Assembly: GCA_023515725.1 (NCBI GenBank)
Contig: JALDTO010000155.1
Location: forward strand, 1,027,147-1,091,146
Source of the DNA: Amoeboaphelidium protococcarum X5
Lineage: Eukaryota > Fungi > Aphelidiomycota
Reading direction: 5' to 3'
Length of the DNA stretch: 64,000 bases
Shown: piece by piece, positions 12,600 to 22,746 of the stretch
Layout: each line of letters starts with the position of its first letter
Position numbering within the stretch: the stretch's first letter is position 1
Notes under the pieces: generated by a model
Databases searched by the model: none
The model's input: only the letters and a program-made list of their open reading frames with translations
Told to the model about the DNA's origin: nothing
Program-made: the position numbers and the translations under genes

Positions 12600-13304
12600 T
12601 CAACAACTTCTCAATAAAATCAAACTGCATCCTGTCGGCAGCCCACAGCATTTCAATAGTACCCCGCAGTCTGCTATTTCCGGTTTAAGTTGCTGGATTT
12701 CACAAGACCGCAAGGCACAATTGCTGCAAACCTGCTTCTAGCTAGAAGAGGATCCGGTTACGGATGCACTCCTCTAACTAGAAACGCTACTGCCTACAGC
12801 GCTGTCGGCAATAGCGTCAACAGGCGGTGACGACGGAGCGAACACATACGAGCCAGAGACTGGACCACCATCAAGGGAGGAGGAGGACACAACACCTGGC
12901 GCAGTGGAGCGTACCTTCACTGGCGGCCGCGTAGGAGTGACACCTACTTACGGTGAATTATAACTAAAAAAGTTACCATTCTAATTACCGTACCTTCGTT
13001 AGAAGGACGCCGAGGACAGTGAAGGATGCGCCTTCTCCAAACGCAGAGGAGGACGCGGAGCAGAAGAAGATGAAGGACCAGCCGCACCAGACGACAAATG
13101 ACGGGCACCAGACAATGAAGACGCAGGCGCAATGGACGACACAGAACGCGCAGCAGCAGAAGAAGCAGCGGGAGGCACATACGACAGCTATTCATCAGAG
13201 GCAGATTCAGAGTCCTCGGATGAGGAAATGCTAATGAAATTATTGTTCAATTTAGCTCTCTGAATCTGCTCTTCCCAGTTTTCTCCAGATTTTGATCTTT
13301 TCAT
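12600..13304 (-). CDS. Ser/Pro/Ala-rich hypothetical protein; C-terminus possibly frameshifted
   Basis: 234-aa ORF in a GC-rich stretch beginning MKRSKSGENWEEQIQRAK; CSNC near the end; no recognised domain. Confidence 0.5.
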
Positions 13305-13739
13305 TTTGATACACAGTTATTCTTTAAGAGAGAACCTTGTTGATCTTCACCATTTAAATACCTCACAAGGGTAAAGCTAGATCATATTACATCGCCTTAA
13401 AGAAGGTTGCTGACCAATAAAGCTCAATAACTACTTTGCATAAAACTTGCACATGTAAAAGGGAGTCAGATTAGCATGTACTTAATTCATAATTTACACT
13501 GTATACACGTTAATCTATCTTTAAATGCTTGCCAGAATTTACGCGTTTAGCGCGCTTTTCTACATGAAGAAAAAGAGAAATAGTCTAAGGTTCTTTTTAG
13601 GTTCAATCTCGTTTGAATTGTTAGACAGCGGTAAAGCGTTAAAAGCATTATTTAAATCACTTGAATCAATAATTTTATTTTCTACTCATTTGTAATTATC
13701 TATGAGAGGAGCCACACACCGCGTTCTTCAGTTAAAGCT

Positions 13740-14333
13740 TCAAGTGAGAATCAGAGACACGAAGCCAACTAACACCAAGCTCAGAACATTTAGAGAGATA
13801 CCATCGACAGCCGAGTTAGCAGTAGAATTGGTGTTATTAAAGTTATTCTTGTCATTTAGTGATTACTAATTACCATCAGCCCTAAAAGTTTCATCAAAAG
13901 GCTTAGGATTGAGATCTGAGACAGCAGATGAATTCTAGGAAAAAATTCTTATAGCAGCACTGGTACGAGCACGCATTGGGGGACTTTACTAAGATGAGCT
14001 GACTCTAAAAAAGTAGAAATTCTCAGCAGCGTCAACAGGCACTTTCCAGTCGTATGAATTCTAGTTGGGAGCATCCTTTAGCAGGGCGGTGAATGCAGAC
14101 TAATATGGGTATACACCTACTAGATACTCCAATGTAATAGTCTCAGGATTCCCTATTTCTTCTGGAATGGTGCGCCATTTAATTTGATACGTGCTACCAG
14201 CTCTAACTAATGGTACCTTGCCGCCTTAGCTGACTTCTGGCGGGTTGTCAAATTCAAAACTGCCAACTGTTATCTTGTTACTCTAAGCCACAGTAAACAA
14301 CGCAAATGCAGGGATTAGCAGTTGATATTTCAT
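13740..14333 (-). CDS. Secreted, probably GPI-anchored surface protein with a Kre9/Knh1-like N-terminal Ig-like domain (197 aa)
   Basis: Signal peptide MKYQLLIPAFALFTVA; AGSTYQIKW...ITLEY...NQNSYDWKVP...YFFRV pattern; NSA followed by hydrophobic tail LNVLSLVLVGFVSLILT. Confidence 0.8.
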
Positions 14334-14891
14334 TTCTATAAAGTCTTATTACTTTTGATATCGTAGTTTGAAGTGAAAAAGAGAGTGAAAGTGAGCCTTA
14401 AGCCCTTTATATACTGCGGTATTAATCTATTTATGGGTACAGATCTGCCTGTATCGGAAACACATCAACAGAATTAGGATCGCCATTTCCTAAAAGTAAT
14501 ACTAAGCAACATGCAATCTAAATTAAGCAATTCACATTCAAAATACAATGTACTTAACACATGAAAATAATAGTTGATACTTACGATCAAGCGATTTATT
14601 ACAGTAGTTTAATCAGTGAGTGAAATGCCGCCACCTAAGTGGTTTTAAAAACTTCACACGACAACGCCACTTCAAACTTGAAATGTTTCAAAAACAAGTT
14701 TGGCGCGTTCAAAATCTCGTTTCGCGCGCATTCACTTCCTTCGCCTGTAATCAGACGTTCCTTTCTTACTCCTTTTGACAACTTGGAATAATAATAATAG
14801 TATTCGCTTCTATCTAACTCTTCTTGAATAGTCGGTCAGTATCATCAGTGGTGGCACTTGATTATTATTAGCAAATCATAGAGAGAGTAGT

Positions 14892-16664
14892 ATGGCTGGG
14901 TATTCTAGTGGCTCAGAGTCCAAGTATTGGTTTCCGTATGCAAGATTCGTATTTCTTATAATGGCTCTGCCGTTCACCATGACTTTTGTGCTGTTGCAGA
15001 GACTGTTCTCATTTGTGGTGCCAAAGCCTCTGAGATGGGAGTGGGACAATGCTGCGAATCCAAACAGACAGCGCATAGACACTACGGATATTCATTTCCC
15101 GGCAAATTTTCTTTGGGGTGCCAGTACTGCTGCTCACCAGATTGAAGGAAACTGCACCAATAACAACTGGTGGGCATGGGAGAAGAAGGGTCGCATATTC
15201 AAAGGACACTCTGCTATCTATGGAGCAGATCATTGGAATAGAACTGCTGAGGATGTACGTCTGATGAAAGATCTGGCTCTCAACTCTTACCGCTTCAGTA
15301 TTGAGTGGAGCAAGATTGAGCCTCAGCCTGGCAAGTGGGATAAGGAGGCGCTGAAGCATTACTCGGACGAGATTGATCTCTTGTTGAAGGAAGGTATCAC
15401 GCCTGTGATTACTTTGCATCATTTCACTTAGCCAATATGGTTCGATGATCTGGGTGGTTGGGAGAATGAAGATAATCTGGAGTATTTCTACCGCTTCTCC
15501 GAGAAGGTGTATGAAGAGTACAGTGATCGTGTCAAGATTTGGTGTACTTTCAATGAGCCTACCGTCTTTGCCATGGTTGGCTGGCTGCAGGGATCGTTTC
15601 CACCTGGAAAGAATGAAAAGGGCCAGCTGTGGAATTAGATTGATGACGCAGTAACTGTGCTGTGTAACATGTTGAAGGGTCACACTGAGGTGTACAAGAG
15701 ACTGAAGGCTATTAGAAATGACAGCGACATTCAGATTGGTATTGTACATAATGTCTTCAACACGCATCCATACCGTAGATGGAATCCTATCGACTACATG
15801 GCTGCTTACATTGCCGATTTGCTGTAGAATGACTTGGTTTTGGCCTTTTTCAAGTATGGGAAGTTGTCCTTTTAGTTCCCGGTGCTGGGCAGGCGTCATT
15901 ATCTGAACATCCCAGAGGCTCCACACACGTTGGACTTTTTTGGGTTGAACTTTTATAGTCACATGTTCTATAAGAGTGTTATCATGCCTGAAATTAGTCT
16001 GACTTCCAAGTTCCCATTCGTCTCAGTCAGACTGGATGATCCTATTAGAGCTGAAGCTCACCCATAAGATGCCTCGACCGGTATCATGACGGATATGGAG
16101 TATCCAATTTATGCTGAGGGATTCTACGTTGCGTTGAAGAGAACATGGAATGCAGTGTGTAAGCATGCGGATAGAGATGATATCCCTATTTACGTGACTG
16201 AGAATGGTGTTGCTGATCACGATGACTCTCGCAGAAAGTTGTTCATCAAGAGGTACATTTATGCAATGTCCATGGCTATGCGTGAAGGAGTTGACATTCG
16301 CGGCTACTTTTACTGGACGCTGATGGATAATTTCGAGTGGGCATTCGGTTATAGTTAGAGATTTGGTTTGTACGAAGTCGATCTGGGCCCAGAGGGAAAC
16401 GGCCTGACTAAAGACGGCAAGAAGAGCTCGTTCAACAGAAAGTTGCGTGCGGGCGCCGAGTACTATCGCGATGTTGTGAAATTCTTCCGTAACGGTGGTG
16501 AATTACGTGCCTAGGATGAGACTGTGTTTGGATTACCGCAGAAGGCGATTTTGGGTATCACCGAGCCAAAGTTGAAGATTGAACTGGGTGGTGATGGATT
16601 ACCGGGCATTGCCAAGAGCTTCTTCCCTAATGCCATACGTGCTGGAAAGGATAAAGGTATCTGA
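14892..16664 (+). CDS. Glycoside hydrolase family 1 beta-glucosidase with N-terminal membrane anchor (590 aa)
   Basis: FLWGASTAAHQIEG, YRFSIEWSKIEP, TFNEP (acid/base Glu 15555), YVTENG (nucleophile Glu 16200), WTLMDNFEWAFG. Confidence 0.95.
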
Positions 16665-16922
16665 GTACTTACTACCCTCTTTATCCAGTGATTGATTGTT
16701 TTCATAATATGACATTGGCTTTATTGTCATCACCTACGATGCTTTTTTCTTGTTGACTCTCTAAATCGTAATATTCAGATCGGACTTTAATCAATATGTA
16801 AGCTAGTTGTTATTGCCAGCGTATCTTCTCCTTTGTCAAAACACTCGAAAGTACTAAGAAGTTGCCTCTTTCAGTCATGAGACGCTTTTTAAACTATTGA
16901 AATTTATTATGAAATACTGCTA

Positions 16923-18201
16923 ATGTTCTCCTTATAGTTATATGCTTTGTATAAAACTGCAAGAATATTAGAGCTTATTGTTGCAAATGCCATTTAACAT
17001 ATTGTAAGTGATTGATTAGCGGAAAATGCACATCATCCTGATGATCCTGACTTTACTGGTCTAACGAGAGAGCTTGCATTGCTTGGTAGATGTTAGGTTG
17101 TGACTATAAACATACAATGTGATTGAAAAATGACCATACTACTTCTTCCAAACTTCTTCCAACTGAAGTAGAAATTATAATAATTGGTTATTATTTGATT
17201 TCTACTTATTATGATTCTAACAGAAGGTCCCATCCTGAATGTGCGAAGGCGCGCAATAGTAGAATGAAGTTCACGCTGTCTAGTTCATTGGCCACTAGAA
17301 TGCACAGCCTGATTAGGATGCTTATTCTGAAGCTCATTAGATTCTGCTGTCGAGTTTGAACAAGAAATTGAAAGAATAGAGGTGTAGTTAGACTAGGAAT
17401 TTGCTAATAACAAATCCTGTAGTAGGATTGGCTTTAAGTTTCCATATACTAAAGTTAATTTCAGTGCAGTGACTGAGATTGCAATAGATCCAGGTTAGAA
17501 GAATTATATTGCCTATTTCCGTCCCTCCAAACACTAGTAAAGCTGCCCTGCGGATGACATATACTTTGGAGATGTTCATCGTGGGTGTTATATTCAAGGA
17601 GGATTATTTGCACGAGTTGGAAGCGCTGCGCATGGTTAATAGTTTTAGGAGTTTGCTCTATCGAGTTGCTCAACAATATAAGCTGTCCAAAGGTCACGGT
17701 GATACTCTTAAGCTGAGAAATATCTCGCGTGACTGCTATTCTAGGATGGAAGAGCAGCTGATTTACAACAGTTTCCGACCCGTCATCCTCAAGCTATAGC
17801 ATGACCAGAAAGTTCATAAAAGACATGCTACGCTGAATCTAGTTGAGATAGTACTTGGTGTTGCCGATCTGCAAAGTCAAGATCGTGATAAGTTTTTCGT
17901 CTACTATAGAGCATGGGCATTCTCTGGCGGTGTCAACAGCAATCTGTTTCCTGTCAGAAAATTCATTGACCTCCTGAACGAGTATGCAAGAGTCATTGTT
18001 GTTCCAGAGCTTAATATTTCTAGTTTGTGCTATGAGTGTGTCCGCAGTGGATTTGAAAGACGCGTCAACAGAGATCGTGATGATTTTGTTGGTAAGAAGA
18101 AGTTAACCCATATAACTACCATGCGAATGAATAGGGATCTGAGTGCGTTATATCTAATCTTTCAAGATCCATATAAAGACATCCTGATGGTGAAATTTTG
18201 A
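16923..18201 (+). pseudogene. Degenerate Fanzor (eukaryotic TnpB-like RuvC nuclease) remnant; 5' boundary approximate
   Basis: RuvC-I IAIDPGQKNY (Asp 17487); frameshift; FVYYRAWAFSGG..FPVRKFIDLLNEYARVIVVPELNISSLCYEC (RuvC-II Glu 18007 plus first CxxC); RuvC-III MNRDLSA (Asp 18136). The upstream part has in-frame TGA codons and frameshifts. Confidence 0.75.
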
Positions 18202-18647
18202 AAGTGTTAGGACTGAGAGTTTATGTGAAGTCATGCGGCATAGATCCTTTAGATATCGAGATTATAGTTGCGTTATTATCTTATTATATGTATGGGAGCT
18301 GTCCAGGTTTTGGCTCGCAAGAGCTGGGCTTATATATATATCACATCAACGGCTTAACTACTGCATGTCATACCATAAGACGCTAAGCAAAAATCATAAG
18401 GTAATCAGGGCGAACACTTGAACATGTGAAATGGCATTTAATATTTAAAAATATTTTTATTAAATAGTCGCGATAGAAGATCATTTGATGTTTCTACTAT
18501 CTTAGTGTTGCGTTGGACACTTGTTGCATCAACTACGTAATATCAATCGAACGACGTATTTTATCATTTCACTTTTAACATTGCGCGCTTTACTCTGAAT
18601 TGTAATTAGCGAAAGTATTATAGATATCACTATCGTTAGATACAGCT

Positions 18648-20030
18648 ATGAAGAGGTAGTAGCAACACAAACGGGATAATGTGAGTTAGAATAATGAGCA
18701 AAAGCGGCGACATATTGATTAGTACTTTGGATCGGCGAATAAGACTGCTCAAGAGGATAAAATGATTATCAAATGGATAGATGATGGTCCACCGACACTT
18801 CTCCATGGTTAATGCGTATTTAAAGATTCTTCATCCCGCCCGCTACTTATAGATGGTAAAATCGCTTGCTTTGACTTGGATGGTACGCTCATTACCACCA
18901 AGGGCAGTCATACATTTCCCAAGAGCGAGTTTGATTGGAAATGGTTGCACCCAAAGATTACGCTGAGTAAAGTGCGGGAATGTCATGAACAAGGGTACTC
19001 TATAATCATCATATCGAACCAGCTTAATCTATTCACTCAACGCAGGGATGGCCAGTGGAAGCGAAAGCTGGAGGCTATATGCTAGCAGCTGGAGGTGCCT
19101 TTGACTATATTCGCTGCCGGTGCTGATGATCAGTTCCGCAAACCTAACATTGGAATATTTAGATACATACAAGAGCTAAGAGGTAGATAACCGCCTGCAC
19201 TTGAGGATGGTGAAATTCATTCTGGATTAAGCTATATGACTAACGTGATCGATATGGAATAATCATTCTACGTGGGAGATGCTGCTGGTCGTTCTCATGC
19301 AGGCACTAATCGCAAAGCTGATCACTCTGATGCAGATTATCATTTCGCAAAGAGATCTGGCTTAAAGTTTTATACTCCTGAAGAGTATTTCCTGGGCGAG
19401 TAACTCACTTCTGCAATATATAAAGTTCCCGATACAAATGGGTCTTAGTAGTCATAACCTGATTCTAAAGTTCCTCTATTTGATCCACTCAATATCAAGA
19501 ATGCAGACACTCCTCCTCTGTTTGAACCAACCTCTTTTCCTCTATTACCTCTTGACTAGAATTAATAGGAGATGATAATGCTAGTTGGATTTCCTGGGTG
19601 TGGTAAAAGTACCTTCTGCGTAACGTATCTTAAAGATTATGCGCGAGTCAATCAAGATAGTTTGGGGAGTGGATAGAAATGTATCGATATTGCAAAGTAG
19701 CTGCTCACATAAGGCAAGCGCGTAGTCATTGATAACACTAATCCTTCCAAGCATGTCCGTCAATAGTATATAAGATTGGCAAAGGACTGCGGTGTTCCTG
19801 TGCGATGCTTCAAGTTTAATGTATCTGAACTGCACTGCAAGCATAACAATCAATTCCGAAAGATTATTGGCGAACGATAATCAGTACCTAACTCTGCGTA
19901 TGAATAGTACAGACTCAAGTATGAATAGCCTGATTTATAGGAGGGATTCACTGAGATCAAAGTGATAAACTTTGTCCCTAGATTCAAAGATGATATCGCA
20001 GAGTAGAACTATTACAAGATTTTGCTTTGA
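18648..20030 (+). CDS. PNKP: Bifunctional polynucleotide kinase 3'-phosphatase
   Basis: [11 protein letters not shown] motif, [20 protein letters not shown]-loop [18 protein letters not shown]. Confidence 0.93.
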
Positions 20031-20150
20031 TCGAATCATGTTACCCGCTGATTAAAACAGACGTTAATGTACTAAAGCTTGTGAAAGATTTGACATGAAT
20101 TTATACATTGAGATATATATGATAAAAGCCTATTCTATTAGCGTTCACTA

Positions 20151-20969
20151 TCAATCACTGTTATCACCAGTCTCACCCAAACTCATCAGTCGCTCATCGC
20201 GGCCTTCTTTGGCAGCACAAGAGAGAAGGTATGCGATGAGTTCAACAGAAGCTGTGGAATCATCATTACCAGGGATAGGATAACTAACTTGTTGAGGATC
20301 ACAGTCGGTATCGCACAAGCCAATAGTTGGCACCTTCACTTTGAGACACTCATCCAAACACTCGCGACTCTCATTCGGATCCAGAACAATGACCAGATCA
20401 GGCTGTAGCATCACACTATCAGCACTGGCGCGTTTAAGAGCGTGTTTATGGTTGACTAGACTGCCAGGCATCCAAGTGTTGTGAACGTAGAACTGATTAC
20501 AGAAAATCGCGCTCTAAATTAAAATATTTCGCTGGAATGGGCGCATACCAACAAACAGTATAACACCTCCCTGCCTGGCAACTTCTCTCGTAACGTTCAG
20601 AGCGCGTCTAAGATACGTCAGCGTATGCTCCAGATTAATGATATGAATTCCATTTCGACGACCATAAATGAATGGCAACATATTCGGATGCCATATCTCT
20701 GTGCTGTGTCCCAGATGCAAACCAGCGTCCATCATTTACTTGATACTGATACTCACAGGATCTGGTTTATCCATGTTATCATTTTGCTACTCAACCTTCT
20801 CTATATCATTGATGTTATCTTTTGACGTTGGAATCAAATTCGCGCCAAGTCCATTATCGCCAGCATTTACATACTCTTACGCGTTCTACAGCAAGATTCT
20901 TGGGCCTACTGATATTCTCCTAGTAGCAAAATAATTTAAAGTAATTTTACACCGCGTCAATCTCAACAT
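20151..20969 (-). CDS. MRP4: Mitochondrial ribosomal protein uS2m
   Basis: DAGLHLGH, GRRNGIHIINL, PTIGLCDTDCDP, YPIPGNDDS; Arg-rich presequence. Confidence 0.92.
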
Positions 20970-21324
20970 TTTGACCTTAAACTGGATATCTTGGTAGATG
21001 ATAGGATTAATAGTGTAAAAAGAGTGTGAATTCGAAAGGCGCGACGAAAATTTAAACTCTTTCCAATCTCAAAGAGAACGTAATGTGGTGACAATCAGGG
21101 CCCACGGTGCTCCGGTGTCGCACTCGCGGGCGAAATAAACGGCACCGTGTGCGTCGCTCGCAGTGCGTTCGAGGTGATGATTGTGGTGACGGGGATGATA
21201 CGCGTAATAAGTAAGTAAAATGAGTTGAAGATGAATAGACTTACCACTGTATTTGATCTTATTAATAAATTCCTAGGAATGTAGACGACTCAGATATAAG
21301 TTCATAGTGAATATGCCGACAAAT

Positions 21325-22160
21325 CTACTTTTTTGGCCACATGTTAAGATAGAGCAGAACGCTTGGTGGTTGTTTCAACCTTATTAAGCCACGATGCTGG
21401 ATCATACGATTTTTCGTTGACATGATTCTTTGATGTTGAATTTCAATTCTTTCTAGACAGGCAAAACCTTTGTTATCGCTAGCATTTCTGCTATCACCGT
21501 GCGGATACACCATAAAAGAGAGACAAGATTGAGGTAACCAATTCCAAAGATGGAGCCGTATTGATGCATGCTGATTTGTTGAATTTCTTCATTCGCCAAT
21601 TTAAGAGGGCTTTCATACCTGCCTTCAAGTCGATTAGCATGTATTCGCTTTAATCGTCAACTTTGACTTTAAAGAGCGGACTAAATGCATATTGCATCTA
21701 AAGCGGAAATTGTGAGGTATTTGTTTAAAGATGAAATAGCACCTGCAAAGTCCGGAACAATTCTCAACGGATAATTACCATCGACACTGGATAGATGCAC
21801 GCGTTTGGCGTCGATCTTCTTATCCTTGTCGAACTAGTCTGACAATTGTTTAATTGTACCAACCACCAGCGGGTATACTTCTTCATCTCCGTAAACCAAG
21901 CGATAGGATTTGGCGTTATAAAACTTCGCTTTTTATTAACTTTGACACGTAATTCCCATCTGCATTCTTTAACCACGTATGATGTGGCCATCGGACGCGT
22001 GTGTACCTTTGTGTAAAGTGCTGCCACTTTCTGCAATTCTTCAAGCATCTCTAGATCTACATAGGAATCGCTTTTACCAGCTTAACTTGTTAACTATTCA
22101 TCAAGATCGGACTCGGCATTGTTGCTCTAATCTAAGGTGTGTTTTTACTTTTTCGACATA
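21325..22160 (-). pseudogene. Multiply frameshifted remnant of an unidentified gene
   Basis: Protein-like segments in successive minus-strand frames (MSKKQKHTLDQ...EELQKVAALY; FYNAKSYRLVYGDEEVYPLVVG; QYGSIFGIGYL) without a continuous ORF. Confidence 0.35.
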
Positions 22161-22746
22161 TGCGGTGTTGCAGGCGGGCTAACTTCACAAAATTTGGGTT
22201 ATTTGGGAGATGTGTTAGAAACTGAGTTCGTGGAAGGAGAAAGAAGTCATTGATATTTGATACTAACTCTGAATAATCACCCGCCTCATCAGAACGATGC
22301 CACTCTTCTCATATATCTACACATATTTCGCGACATACTGACACCCAATTGCTATTACTTTGGTAAAGTGTAACTTTGTAACTTGCCACAATCAAACTAG
22401 CGTTTTTTGTTTCTTGACGTCTGGACACGTAAACGATCTTGCTCTAGAAATTGTGCGCACTATGCAGTAATTTGCCTCATTCTCTACCTGAAATTACTTT
22501 ATCTCCCAGCGTTTGATAGACCATGATACTTATCAATGATTTCGCTCGTCGAATCGAACACGCCTAAAAATTTTCGTTACGGACGCGATTGAGCTGTAAA
22601 CGAGAATAGAAAAGCTCTTCGTGCTTGCGCACTGCGAGCGATAAATGGCTTTAACAGCAACTACTATAGCAAGCATTCTAAATTTCGCATGTTATGGGAA
22701 TGAAAATATAATATACAATAGTATAAATGCATTAATTCTTATATTT

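Noticed and set aside
16700-18480. Terminal inverted repeats, TSD or transposase for the Fanzor remnant
   Set aside because: None identifiable by eye; element boundaries remain undefined.
21085-21235. Possible tRNA or C/D snoRNA in the GC-rich patch
   Set aside because: No cloverleaf, and no D box with terminal stem to match the TGATGA.
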